A stretch of 54,269 nucleotides of DNA from a virus (Duplodnaviria; Caudoviricetes): IMG/VR virus record IMGVR_UViG_3300027804_000079, positions 1-54,269 of that record. One strand, written 5' to 3'. The position numbers and the translations under genes are program-made. Position 1 is the stretch's first letter, and the number at the start of each line of letters is the position of its first letter. The notes under the pieces were generated by a model, which saw only the letters and a program-made list of their open reading frames with translations, made no database searches and had not been told where the DNA came from. Shown here piece after piece: positions 25,313 through 36,000 of the stretch.

Positions 25313-25723
25313 ATGGTCAAATTGACCGACGCACACGCCGAAGCCCTTGCCCTTGTTGGGACAGGCACACTCACATCCGCGCAAGTCAAGAGCGTTCTTG
25401 ACGTGTTCAGCGGTGGCGGTGAAGGAATCAGCATCTGGCGCACCTATCGCGCAGGGACACTTGAGAGGGTGTCGTCCAATTATCGCGTTTGGATTGATGA
25501 CCGCAACGTCTCTCTCAGCACGTCAATCGGTCTCTGTGCTACATCGATTAACGCAGTGACCAACGCGTTCCTGTGGGGCGATGTCACAGACGTGTTCGAC
25601 ATAAAGCTCGAAGTCGGGCATGACGAATACGACTACACTTTGGCATTCACGTCAAAGGACACAGCCATCTGGGGCGCGTTCAACTTCCGCCTCAGCCGGA
25701 CGCCCTACGAGGTCATCGACTAG
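25313..25723 (+). CDS. Hypothetical protein (paralogue of 23246-23674)
   Basis: MVKLTDAHAEAL...DYTLAFTSK...NFR. Confidence 0.7.
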   Translation: MVKLTDAHAEALALVGTGTLTSAQVKSVLDVFSGGGEGISIWRTYRAGTLERVSSNYRVWIDDRNVSLSTSIGLCATSINAVTNAFLWGDVTDVFDIKLEVGHDEYDYTLAFTSKDTAIWGAFNFRLSRTPYEVID

Positions 25724-25730
25724 TCCACAC

Positions 25731-25760
25731 AGCCCTCCTGCTTCGGCAGGAGGGTTTTCT
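25731..25760 (+). terminator. C(UUCG)G intrinsic terminator
   Basis: AGCCCTCCTGC-TTCG-GCAGGAGGGTT-TTCT; an isolated CACGTAGGTAT (box 3) follows at about 25781. Confidence 0.8.
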
Positions 25761-25809
25761 TAGCGAAAGCACAACCAACCCACGTAGGTATGACTAGACT
25801 GGAGAGACA

Positions 25810-25965
25810 ATGATAGAAGCCATTAGCACAATAGTAGCGCTGCTCCTTGCAGCTTTTTACGTAGTCGCCATCCCACTGCTGGCGATTGCAATGATACTGA
25901 CACCTATAATGCCTATCTGCTGGCTTATCGGATTCGTAACAGATCCGCGAATAAACAAGAGATAG
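25810..25965 (+). CDS. Small hydrophobic membrane protein, 51 aa (not in ORF track)
   Basis: GGAG RBS; MIEAISTIVALLLAAFYVVAIPLL... Confidence 0.55.
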   Translation: MIEAISTIVALLLAAFYVVAIPLLAIAMILTPIMPICWLIGFVTDPRINKR

Positions 25966-25989
25966 ACACGAATTGAACACGAGATAAAC

Positions 25990-26388
25990 ATGAGTAATGA
26001 ATCAAGGGTAGTCAAAGGACTACTGAACAGATGGACAAATGAGTCCGAACCCGAACTCGCTCCCATGTGGGGGCGGGTTCGTTATAACATTTGGAAGCGC
26101 ATGGACAACACTGTCATGTGTACACTCCAATGGGCACCAATGCAGGTCGACATCGCTACATTTGTAGTGCCAGACGACATCCCTGATGCTGACCCAATCA
26201 CAGACCAGAAACTGGTCTGGAATAAGCCTGGGCGACGACCATTGCTGCTTCCTGTCAACAAGTGCAAGCTCACTGAGTTCGCAACCGTACCGGAGGTCGT
26301 AGATGCCTTCCTGTCTGGCGATTGGACACCACACTGGATGTGTCATACATGTCGCAAGCGTATGACGTTTAAAATCAGACCCGAATGA
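25990..26388 (+). CDS. Hypothetical protein
   Basis: 132-aa ORF. Confidence 0.6.
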   Translation: MSNESRVVKGLLNRWTNESEPELAPMWGRVRYNIWKRMDNTVMCTLQWAPMQVDIATFVVPDDIPDADPITDQKLVWNKPGRRPLLLPVNKCKLTEFATVPEVVDAFLSGDWTPHWMCHTCRKRMTFKIRPE

Positions 26389-26900
26389 AGTTTTACCGAG
26401 TCCAAGTTACTGGCAAGGTAAGCAGATGGGAATGGACGCTTCACTATGAACACGCTAAATCAATAGCGCTGGAATGGGCAAAGGCGTCCGTGCTGAACCA
26501 CGACACAAATACAGTGACTATTGATCGTGTCAACTTCAGTTACAGGCAATACACGGACATACTGGACATACTGAACGGCGTCAGACCGATGGAACGCATA
26601 TACATGATTGCCATTGAGTCTGGCGTCGTACAGTGCGAAACAGAATGGAAGGCGCGACGCAAGAAGCACCTTGACCCGGTCAACACTTCAGCTCATCCAA
26701 CACACCGTCACGCTGACTGGATACAGACAATACACAAAGTGCCTGAGTATCAAGCACTCATACGATCAGCGCCAGACGCTAAGGCATGCCATATGGCAAT
26801 GAAACTGGCTGGAATAGATGTTAGCCTTGGAGGCTATCCGATTACATACGCGATCGTACGTTATTGCTGGGACTGGGTTAACTGCAAACCTAGACCGTGA
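26385..26900 (+). CDS. Hypothetical protein
   Basis: ATGA overlap with the upstream gene. Confidence 0.6.
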   Translation: MKFYRVQVTGKVSRWEWTLHYEHAKSIALEWAKASVLNHDTNTVTIDRVNFSYRQYTDILDILNGVRPMERIYMIAIESGVVQCETEWKARRKKHLDPVNTSAHPTHRHADWIQTIHKVPEYQALIRSAPDAKACHMAMKLAGIDVSLGGYPITYAIVRYCWDWVNCKPRP

Positions 26901-27006
26901 TACACTTCTCCTGACAGGAGAAAAGCAATAAGCCACCCTGTGACGGAGGTGGCTTATTTGAGCAGAGGAGGTAGGACAAACAATTCGCTCACAGTGAGTA
27001 TACACC

Positions 27007-27411
27007 ATGGCGAGTACAGAATCACAATTTCAAACACTTGTTCGCAACACACTGGGATTCCTTGGGTACACAGTGATCGAGACAGGCAAAGCTCGCCGTA
27101 AGGTGCAATGCCCACGATGCAAGAACCTGCACTACCCAACGGGATGGCAAGGCAACAGCCTTGGATGCCCAGACCTGTATGTCCACTGCCAACACTGGCA
27201 ACTGCCAGTGGCACTAGGCATCGAGCTGAAAACAAAGACAGGCGCTGTTCGTAAAGAACAGAAATGCATGGCAGACCAGAACATGACTGTCATCTGTCGA
27301 ACGCTAGAGCAAGTACTTGATGTGCTGCTCAAGTATGAACGCATCTACGGATGCGAGAAACAAGTCGAGAGACTGGAGAAGTTTATTGAACGCAACCCCA
27401 TTGGAAGTTGA
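27007..27411 (+). CDS. VRR-NUC / PD-(D/E)xK nuclease with Zn-ribbon insert
   Basis: ESQFQ...GCPDL...IELKT..G....EQ. Confidence 0.8.
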   Translation: MASTESQFQTLVRNTLGFLGYTVIETGKARRKVQCPRCKNLHYPTGWQGNSLGCPDLYVHCQHWQLPVALGIELKTKTGAVRKEQKCMADQNMTVICRTLEQVLDVLLKYERIYGCEKQVERLEKFIERNPIGS

Positions 27412-28066
27412 TTGGTTTTTCACAGTTGACCATGACCCACGAGTCATGTGTTACTACGCAGAAGGTGACGACGGAAGCACCTTGATTGCAGGTACAGGCG
27501 AACATGAGTGCGTGTTTGTTGGTGACACGCCAGAGCTGCTTTACGAGCAGGTCGAGAAAGTTCGTGGAGGGTTTAAAGAAAGCATTGTTGCGCGTCCTGT
27601 TACATGGGCGTCACTTGGCATGTGTTTCCGCATGATCATCTATCGCAACAAGATGCGATTACTGATGGGTGGCAAAGGTTGGATTGCTACATCGCTAACC
27701 TACACGCCATCGATCAACTCTAAACTTATCTGCGACCCGCAAACAACAATCGTGGTAGCAGAGTACAAAGGTGAATACCTTGTAAAGGACGATGCAGTCA
27801 TCATCGGATCCAGCATGGAAGACCTTATGATCAATCTCAGCAAAGCAGAAGTCAACATTGAAAACATCGCCGACTTTGATTCGTTGAGGTTTAGCGTGTA
27901 CCCGTTACTTCGGTTTGCTGAAAACGCAACACTGTACTATCATGGCAACACACACAGCGTAACTGAAGCACTGATGAACAACTACAGTTTTGTACGCTCT
28001 GTGATGGGAGGCGATGAAGAAGACAAACTCATCGCAAAGTTGGAGGAGGAAAACAATGAAGATTGA
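27317..28066 (+). CDS. Hypothetical protein (true start probably about 27386-27446)
   Basis: Long ORF filling the operon gap. Confidence 0.6.
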   Translation: MMCCSSMNASTDARNKSRDWRSLLNATPLEVDWFFTVDHDPRVMCYYAEGDDGSTLIAGTGEHECVFVGDTPELLYEQVEKVRGGFKESIVARPVTWASLGMCFRMIIYRNKMRLLMGGKGWIATSLTYTPSINSKLICDPQTTIVVAEYKGEYLVKDDAVIIGSSMEDLMINLSKAEVNIENIADFDSLRFSVYPLLRFAENATLYYHGNTHSVTEALMNNYSFVRSVMGGDEEDKLIAKLEEENNED

Positions 28067-28682
28067 AGACCACTTGATCAAGATGAAAGGGGGCAAGCTT
28101 TATGCCCCCGTGTATGTTCGCATCGCGCTTTTCCGCGATGAACATCCTGTGTCCGAAGGATGGGGCATCACTGCTGAAATCGTACAAACAGATGAGACTT
28201 CTTGTCTGTCGCGAGCCAGCATCACTGACCCACACGGACGTGTCGTCGCAACAGGACACAAGCGCGAGCATAAAGCGCACTTCCCTGACTTTGAAGAGAA
28301 GAGCTTGACCGGCGCCGTTGGACGTGCCTTACTTATGGCTGGCTACGGTACGCAGTATGCACTCGATGAGTTGGATGAAGGCGAGCGCATCGTTGATACG
28401 CCAATCCCAGGAACGATGAAGATGAATGCAACACCAACTGTGACAAAGGCTCAAGACCCACAGGTTGCATACAAGGTTGCAGCTAATCTGTTCATGGACA
28501 ACTGCAAGGCACTGTTTGGCGAGGACGTTACTCCAGCAGACGCCAAAAGCATTTATCGTCGCATGTTCGGCTCCGAAACCATGACGACTGAAAACCTAAA
28601 CGCTGCCATTAACCGCATGAGCACATATGACGATGGCGAGAAGTTTGCAAACGACTTACTCGTTGAGGAGGGTGAAGCATAA
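28056..28682 (+). CDS. Sak/Rad52-like single-strand annealing protein
   Basis: Y..V..RI..FR.EHP...G..VATG....EK..T.AVGRAL...G.G; located next to a Gam-like gene. Confidence 0.65.
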   Translation: MKIEDHLIKMKGGKLYAPVYVRIALFRDEHPVSEGWGITAEIVQTDETSCLSRASITDPHGRVVATGHKREHKAHFPDFEEKSLTGAVGRALLMAGYGTQYALDELDEGERIVDTPIPGTMKMNATPTVTKAQDPQVAYKVAANLFMDNCKALFGEDVTPADAKSIYRRMFGSETMTTENLNAAINRMSTYDDGEKFANDLLVEEGEA

Positions 28683-29263
28683 TGGACACACAGGACGAAC
28701 TTATCCGCGATAACGGATGGATAATCGAACCCACTACCGGCGAGGTAGTGGGGGCGTACGGCTGGCTTGAGAATGGAACTGTCGAAAGCGAGCATGACCT
28801 CTGGATTCTTCAACGCAAGATGCTTGAAGTCGATTCACTGATTGTCGCCGAACGCGCCCAGCTAAAGCGTATCCAAGAGATGTGTGAAAAGCGCATTAAG
28901 GCTCTTGAGTCACGGCGCAGCTGGATTGAGTTGAAGTACGGTGTTCAGGCTACGGAAGTCGCCCGTCAGATGTTGCCACGCAACAAGAAAACGTACACAA
29001 GCCCTTACGGCGAGGTTACTTTCCGTACCAGTAAAGCGAAAATCAATTTCACTAACAAAGAGGCTGCGGTTGCTTGGGCAAAGACTTATCAACCAGACGC
29101 AGTAAAAGTTGCTGAGACCGTATTGGTCTCAAAGCTTTCACCGCAATCAGTAAACGACCTTCTTCTCTACAGCGAGATCAGACCTGCCGGTTGCGAAGTG
29201 ACACCGGAGCAAGAGGTAGTCAAGTTTATTGGACTCAAGGAGCCAGCACCAGATGAAGAATGA
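28682..29263 (+). CDS. Mu Gam/Gp157-like host-nuclease inhibitor
   Basis: Coiled coil followed by KKTY..PYG.V.FR. Confidence 0.7.
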   Translation: MDTQDELIRDNGWIIEPTTGEVVGAYGWLENGTVESEHDLWILQRKMLEVDSLIVAERAQLKRIQEMCEKRIKALESRRSWIELKYGVQATEVARQMLPRNKKTYTSPYGEVTFRTSKAKINFTNKEAAVAWAKTYQPDAVKVAETVLVSKLSPQSVNDLLLYSEIRPAGCEVTPEQEVVKFIGLKEPAPDEE

Positions 29264-29813
29264 CATTGTCAAAATCGGTGGGATACCCGATTCAGTACAC
29301 GTCTCGGAGACAGGGATCCAGTTTTCTGGTGAACTGTCTTACGAGCATTGGGAACATCTAATGCAAGTACTGGTCAAGATGGAGACATCCTTCCAATGGG
29401 CACTTGGAGATGCACTCAACTACGGTGAAGGCAGATACGGTGAAAAGTATACACAAGCCATGGAGCTTACCGGCCACTCGTACCAGAGCCTTGCTAACTA
29501 CTCATGGGTTGCGCGGAATGTACCGATCAGTGTGCGAAATCCGCAACTGTCGTGGACACATCACCGCATCGTATGTAAACTGAGCCACGACGACCAAGCC
29601 CGGATGCTTACTGAAGCTTTTCAAAAGCAATGGTCTGTCGAGGTGCTTGCTGACACAGTCAGAGGTGAGACCCTTACTCCACGTGTACGTGAGCAGGTCG
29701 AAGTCCCACCAGGCTTGTCTGTTACTGCAGCTAAACAGCTGCTTGAATCTGCTGCTTGCGTTAGCCGTGACGGGGTGCAAGTGTGTCAGATATGCCCATT
29801 TAAAGGACGGTAG
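29253..29813 (+). CDS. LmbU-like regulator
   Basis: LS.E.W...W.LGD.L.YGE.RYGE.Y..A...TG..YQSL.NY..V..R...LSW.HH. Confidence 0.75.
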   Translation: MKNDIVKIGGIPDSVHVSETGIQFSGELSYEHWEHLMQVLVKMETSFQWALGDALNYGEGRYGEKYTQAMELTGHSYQSLANYSWVARNVPISVRNPQLSWTHHRIVCKLSHDDQARMLTEAFQKQWSVEVLADTVRGETLTPRVREQVEVPPGLSVTAAKQLLESAACVSRDGVQVCQICPFKGR

Positions 29814-29816
29814 GAA

Positions 29817-30635
29817 ATGATTGGTATGTTCAAAGGTTCTCATGCGTCTATGCAGAGAACAAACCGAGGGTTCGTGGTATTGCACCACGAACTCTTGCCT
29901 TTTCTGAAGGACTTCACAGGCAGTGAGTGGCTAGTGCTCACATGCTTTGCGTTACGTGCAGACGAAACAGGTTACAGCTACCCCTCAATTTCGTCTGTAT
30001 GCGAAAATACAGGCCTGAGTGAACGGATAGTCCGAAACGCAGTCAAAAGCCTCTCTACGGTCACGCCAGAGCGCCCATACGCGGTACTTCGCGTGGAGGA
30101 GCGTCACGTAGAAAGTGGTCGACGTACAACTAACGGGTACATCATCATGCCTGACGGCTTTGGGGTAGGTGCAAAAAGTGACAGGGGGGAGGGTGCAAAA
30201 TCTGCAGGGGAGGAGGGTGCAAAAAATGCAGGGGTCATTACATTAAAGAATATACAGAAAGAAGAAGATACCCCTATAGTCCCCAAAAAGGGGACTAAAC
30301 GGGATTCCATCAAGATGCCTGTTGACGATGACCCTGCCAAAGCTTTGTACCTTGCTTATCGGGAAGTGGTCTTTACTGACACGATGCTGGCAACACACTT
30401 CATGCTTGGCGAATGGCGTGGCGCCCATCACGTCCTTAGATCAATGCAAGCTGCGGGTGTGACACCAGAACAGGTGAGTACAGCGACAAGTAATCTGCTC
30501 AGAAAATGGGGAGGACGTAAAGACATGGTCACGATCAACGCTCTTTGGAAACACTGGTCGACAGCAATCAATAACGAGAAGACAGACCTTGTTTCGACCA
30601 CCATTAGTCAAGTGGATAGGATTTGGCAGGACTAG
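29817..30635 (+). CDS. Replication initiator (lambda O-like, N-terminal wHTH)
   Basis: SYPSI..V...TGLSER.VR.A wHTH; internal 24-bp iterons; followed by loader and DnaB. Confidence 0.8.
   Translation: MIGMFKGSHASMQRTNRGFVVLHHELLPFLKDFTGSEWLVLTCFALRADETGYSYPSISSVCENTGLSERIVRNAVKSLSTVTPERPYAVLRVEERHVESGRRTTNGYIIMPDGFGVGAKSDRGEGAKSAGEEGAKNAGVITLKNIQKEEDTPIVPKKGTKRDSIKMPVDDDPAKALYLAYREVVFTDTMLATHFMLGEWRGAHHVLRSMQAAGVTPEQVSTATSNLLRKWGGRKDMVTINALWKHWSTAINNEKTDLVSTTISQVDRIWQD
30162..30233 (+). repeat. Iterons (3 x 24 bp) within the initiator gene; probable ori
   Basis: GGGGTAGGTGCAAAAAGTGACAGG / GGGGAGGGTGCAAAATCTGCAGGG / GAGGAGGGTGCAAAAAATGCAGGG followed by an A-rich tract. Confidence 0.75.
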
Positions 30636-30677
30636 ACAACCTAGTATTGTTGCCGGTATAAACAGTTTGGAGGAAGT

Positions 30678-31193
30678 ATGGACAAAACAACGTTTGCTGG
30701 AGTTTGTAGTGTCTTGGCAACTTTGCCAAGCAATGTAAAGTGGGACGATAGCATCGCCCAGATTTATCTCGCCATCATGCGTGGCTGGGATGACCGCGTA
30801 GTCGGCGCCATTATGCGCACTGTACTGCTAAAGTGTGAGTTCAGGCCAACAGTTGCAGAGCTTCGCAACATCGGTCTGCGCATGTTCGGGGACGTGCCTA
30901 CGCTTCAACAAGTTCTCGACGCTGTGTCAACGACATGCATTATGGCTCCTGCCAACAAGCGCATTGACTATGGTACGCGGTGGCACCCTTGTGTCAACGA
31001 GATTGTGTATAAGGCTGGTGGCTGGACGCGCATAGGCAACATCTCTAGTGATGAATCCAAGGCAGCAATCAGCGAGGCGTATGCCTACTACATCATCAGT
31101 GACACCAATGATCACTTCTTGACTTCTCCCCCAGTAGAGAAGAAGTCTGAGCTTGAATCTGGTGAAGCAACTGTGAAGGCTATCACTGAATGA
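30678..31193 (+). CDS. Helicase loader/inhibitor (G39P/P-like)
   Basis: 'F.PTVAELR' motif; lies between initiator and DnaB. Confidence 0.65.
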   Translation: MDKTTFAGVCSVLATLPSNVKWDDSIAQIYLAIMRGWDDRVVGAIMRTVLLKCEFRPTVAELRNIGLRMFGDVPTLQQVLDAVSTTCIMAPANKRIDYGTRWHPCVNEIVYKAGGWTRIGNISSDESKAAISEAYAYYIISDTNDHFLTSPPVEKKSELESGEATVKAITE

Positions 31194-32497
31194 CACCGCC
31201 ACATGACATCCAAGCCGAGATGTCGCTTCTTGGCGCCGTGATGCTCAACTACAAGTGTTGGTCGAGCGTCGCTGACCTGATTAGTCCTGACGATTTCTAT
31301 CGTCAGGCTAACGGTGTCATATGGCATGCCATGGAACGCATCATGGACAACGCTGACCCAATTGACATTGTGAGCCTGAGCGCCGAGCTTCAAGCCATGA
31401 GGGAATTGGAAAACTGTGGTGGCATCGCATACCTCATGCAGATTGGTGAATTCGTACCAACATCAAGCAACGTTGCGATGTACGCCAGAATCGTAAAGGA
31501 GCACAGCAATCGACGACGAGTCATCGAGCAAGCAAACATTGCTATGACCGAAGCGTACGACGTTGACTCAAATGCTGCAGCAATCATGGACACACTTGTC
31601 GAAAGTGTTGGGACGCTTAGCAACAACATCAATGCTACGCCACATGTTGATGACTTCATCGACGAAGAACTTGACAACATCCTTGGACGCACTGTTTCAG
31701 ACATGGCTGGAATCAAGACAGGGTTCCTTGCGATGGATGATCTGACAAATGGTTTCCGACCAGGTGAGTTGTTTATTCTTGGCGCTCGTCCCTCAATGGG
31801 GAAGTCCGCTTTGGCTTTGCAATGTGCTATAAACGTTGCTCGTGCTGGTGGGTCTGTCATGTTTGCGTCAATTGAGATGTCCAGCGCCATGGTCACACAG
31901 CGCATCATCTCACTCATGACCGGAATCAACGGCAAGCGTATTCAGAACAAGGTAATGGACGAGTATGAGCGCCGACTCATATCATCTGCACGTGTTGAGC
32001 TGCTCGACACAAAGATGTACATCACTGCGGACAACCGCATGGACATTCACAAGCTTCGAGCAAAGGCGTCAAGACTGAAGAGAGAACATGGTCTACAGAT
32101 ACTATTCATCGATTACCTTCAGATGATTGAATCAAAGGGCGACAACAGAACTCGCGAGATTGGCGTCATTAGTCGCGGTCTCAAGTCTATTGCCAAAGAA
32201 CTGGACGTTTGCGTAGTGGCTCTGTCGTCTCTCAGTCGCGCCGTAGAGAAGCGTGACGACAAGAGGCCGATGATGAGTGACCTTCGCGAGTCTGGAGACA
32301 TAGAGAGCGATGCAGACGTCGTGGCGTTTCTATATCGTCCGATGTACTACGCAAACATGTCGCAACGAATTGACCTTGAGTCCGAGGAGGCCGAGATAAT
32401 CGTGGCGAAGAACAGAAATGGAGAAGTTGGTGAATGTCGACTACAGTTCACACCACAAAAGGCACGTTTCGACGACCTGCCACTAACGGATTGGTAA
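31190..32497 (+). CDS. dnaB: Replicative DNA helicase
   Basis: PPHD..AE, GARPSMGKS, IDYLQ, LSR..E.R..KRP..SDLRESG.IE.DAD, KNRNG. Confidence 0.96.
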   Translation: MTPPHDIQAEMSLLGAVMLNYKCWSSVADLISPDDFYRQANGVIWHAMERIMDNADPIDIVSLSAELQAMRELENCGGIAYLMQIGEFVPTSSNVAMYARIVKEHSNRRRVIEQANIAMTEAYDVDSNAAAIMDTLVESVGTLSNNINATPHVDDFIDEELDNILGRTVSDMAGIKTGFLAMDDLTNGFRPGELFILGARPSMGKSALALQCAINVARAGGSVMFASIEMSSAMVTQRIISLMTGINGKRIQNKVMDEYERRLISSARVELLDTKMYITADNRMDIHKLRAKASRLKREHGLQILFIDYLQMIESKGDNRTREIGVISRGLKSIAKELDVCVVALSSLSRAVEKRDDKRPMMSDLRESGDIESDADVVAFLYRPMYYANMSQRIDLESEEAEIIVAKNRNGEVGECRLQFTPQKARFDDLPLTDW

Positions 32498-32781
32498 AAC
32501 CTAAAAAGATAACTCCTTGGATGCGATGGATACTTATCGTGACCATTGCATCCAAAGACCGTAACGATGCTGCCAAGAAACTACAGATAACACGAAGAAC
32601 ACTTGACGTACACTTGACCGAGGTATGTAAAACACTTGGTGTTAGCAATATCAATCAAGCTGCGTTACGCATGGGTGTACTTAAGTTTAACTACGATGAA
32701 ATTGGCACATGGGTAGATAAAGACAACGTAGAGATAGCACCTGGTGTCACACTAAACCTAACAGGAGACGAAGATGGCTGA
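32434..32781 (+). CDS. Second LuxR-like HTH protein (start possibly TTG 32491)
   Basis: ITPW...IL......AAKKLQITRRTLDVHL..V.K.LGV.N..QA. Confidence 0.65.
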   Translation: MSTTVHTTKGTFRRPATNGLVKPKKITPWMRWILIVTIASKDRNDAAKKLQITRRTLDVHLTEVCKTLGVSNINQAALRMGVLKFNYDEIGTWVDKDNVEIAPGVTLNLTGDEDG

Positions 32782-33028
32782 ATTTTTATGCGGATGTATG
32801 ATCGGTGGCAGTTTAACTTTTATGCTTGCGGTGATGTTCATGGCTTCACGTAAGCCTCGTGTTGTTGCACGATCTGGACAGCAAGTTGAGTACACAAACA
32901 ATAAGGGCGTCGTCCTCATGTACGAGCTTGTAAACAACTTACACGAGGATGACGAATACACGATTCTTAAATCAGCTACACAACAACTTGAGTTTGTTGC
33001 AAAGGTGGAAAGAGTACACGTAATCTAA
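32774..33028 (+). CDS. Hypothetical protein with N-terminal TM
   Basis: AGGAG RBS; hydrophobic N-terminus. Confidence 0.6.
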   Translation: MAEFLCGCMIGGSLTFMLAVMFMASRKPRVVARSGQQVEYTNNKGVVLMYELVNNLHEDDEYTILKSATQQLEFVAKVERVHVI

Positions 33029-33030
33029 TG

Positions 33031-33050
33031 AAGGGGGCACTGCCCCCTTT
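33031..33050. terminator. Bidirectional terminator-like hairpin at the convergence point
   Basis: AAGGGGGC-ACT-GCCCCCTT between convergent stop codons. Confidence 0.7.
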
Positions 33051-33051
33051 A

Positions 33052-36000
33052 TTATTTACCAGTTACAAACCTAGACAGGTCACCTTTCTCGATAATGTCC
33101 TTAGCGGACGGTGCGTATTGCCAAGCTCGCTCTATCGCAGACCTGCGTTTTTCTAACTTCATGTCTCTTTGATCAATATACGGATCATACTTAATTCGTG
33201 AACCTAAGAAACTTGCAATGAGCTGTTGCAATGCAATTGCTGTAGCAGTGTGTTTGTCACTCGTATTCTCTAATGCTACGTCATATGCACTTACATATTC
33301 CTGCATAAACGATGGCGCAGTTGATGTCCAGAACATAGCTAACGACATCTGATTAGGCACATCATAACCCAATGCCTGTAAACCTGGAGCCAATTGATCT
33401 CGCCAAACATCATTGAGCGAATCATCTGGATTCCATACAGGTCGATTCAAGACATCCTTGCCGTAAATCGCTGCAATCGGCTTAGATATAACCGGACTTG
33501 CACGATACCCAAGTGTATTCATAACTTTGAATATCCACTTTTCTGTAGGCGACGTTGCACCATAACGTGTATCAACTGATGGGTCAGCGCCAATAAATGA
33601 TCGCCAGTTTGTGTAGATTAAGTTCAATGAGTCAAGCGAACCTGTGTTGTCTCCAAACTTCCAGTCACCAATCCTGTAAGAGCCAACTCTATCTGCGTTA
33701 CCATTGATTCGCCCATTACCCATCAGTTGACCAACTGCTTCAGCTAACCACTGGAACGCAAACATCCAAGCTGCAACACCAACTGTAGACGCCACTTGAT
33801 ATTTTACAAAGTCCGGATTTCGCTTATATATGTCCTTGTCATATAAATCAAAGACACGATTGCTTTCTCCCATGTTGCGACGCATATACTCGCTAACCTG
33901 TGGGATGTTACTAATCAATAGGTTACCGACTGGATTGACGAGGAAGTTTGCAAACATCCAACGTGGTGCAACGAATGCAATCTTACCAACGCGTCCCCAT
34001 ACAGCGTCTTTACGTTCATCAGTGGAATACTGGAAGTCGCCAAGAGACAATGCAAGGAAGTTGGCAACGTGCTTTGCATCTGGATGATCCCCAACTTCAT
34101 CTGCACTGAAGTTTTTTAAGACCGGGTTGTTTTGCAACTGATGCTTTACTTGATAGAAAAGCAACAAATCGTGTTGCAAACTAATCTGACGCTCTGCCAT
34201 GCCTTGGAATGGCATCGACCCAATGATGGTGTTTTTCTCAAAGAAGTCAGTCAAGTTACCGCGCTCATCGTAGTCCATCAAATCAATCTTGATTTCGTTG
34301 TATGGAACAGTTCCATTGTTCTCACGATAGATTCGATCTCGCTCAGCCTCAATGCGTCGCTCAAGGTTGAACATGTGCAATGGTGCGCCAGACTTTTTGA
34401 CCGCTTCGTAGTATGGATCTTTACGCAGGTTCGTATAAATCTCCATGTATTTACGACGACCAAGCTTGTCGAATCCAATCTTCTTGCCAGCAATAGTAAT
34501 ACTGCTATTCGGCATCAAGCCTTGCCATGACTTAACCAAAGCAGTTAGCGCGTACATCGTGTCATACTTACGGCCAGTCAAGAATCCAAACAATGCTTTA
34601 CCACCTTGGATCGTTGTAAAAGCCCAGTCAAGAGATAGTGGCATTCTGACAATCGCTTGATAGTTGTCAAACACTGTAGATGCAACCTCTTTACCGCCGG
34701 ACATAAACCGTTGCTGTCGCGTAGTCGGCATGTCGATCATGCCTTCTTCAAGCAGTTCTGGTGCTCTTTCACGAGACACTGGTGCCTCGATTGGATTCAT
34801 AAACATTGGCTCGATAGCATCTACAGTGGCTGTCTTTTTGCGAGTAGACCCAAGATGCATTTCGTTCAAGTACCGAACGTTCTTGTCGTCAAGAGTTATT
34901 GCAACGTTTTTCTTTGCTGTATCAAACATCGAGTCAACGTAGTTTGTAAATACGATGCCGTCATAACCGCGTTGCATTGCACGTCCAATTTCTCGTTTCA
35001 ATACGGATGTATCAATACCGCTGTTCTTCAAATCAACAACAAGTGGGTTGTTGAATTTGATAAACCTTGCACGAGACGAGTGATTGCTGTTTTTATGCAA
35101 GCCACTACCAAGATCATGGACTTGCAATCCCGGAGCCTGATATGTCAACGGACCAACATTTGCATAAGCAAATGCCATTGTCGTGAACGGCTTGCCTGTT
35201 TTAACCTGCTTACCTGCGCTGATGTACGACTGAGCTGGCTTGACATAATGAGCAACGTCGTTTGTCATATTCAAGTCAATAAACTGTTCGGTCTGTACAC
35301 GTAGTGCTTCTAGATTAATGTTATCTTTGACTAGGTTTTGAACAACCTTTTGCAGCTCTTCTTCGGTCTTAATTGAATGACCAAACAACTCATCATAGTA
35401 ATGCTTAATCCACTCAAAGTTCTGAGGATTTGGCGATTGCATGTAGCTGTCAATGTACTTCTTGAGTCTCTCTGCCATGATGATTGCGCGAGCTTGCTTG
35501 TCGCGTCGCTCATCAATTGACATGTCACCAAGCATGTAGCCTGGATCTACAAGGTCAATAGCCTCGACCAGATTACCAGCTTTCCATTTAAGGAACTCTG
35601 GATGCTCTGTCATCGCATAAACTTCTAGTGCCTTGTCTGCAGACAAACCGTTTGCGCGAAGTTGTGCATATGTGTGACTGCGATTGCCCATACCGTCCAT
35701 AACGGTATAACCATATCCGTCCCACGCAGGTATGCCATTATCGTTAAGCTGTACTCGCTGAATACCATCTCCATCTGGCTTGATCCATTTCATAACAACA
35801 GGTTTGACATATGTGTCAATTGTTTCTGGATCTCGTGTACCGGCAAGATAGTCTACATGTTCAGCACTCTCATCGACGCTGTTCATGTACATCGGTTCTA
35901 CTTCTACAATCTCCTTAGCTGGACGGATCTTGTCCTTGCCAACCCAGTATTCTGCTGGCATTACACGCAGTGATTTAGCACTTAGCGCTGCTGCATTGAT

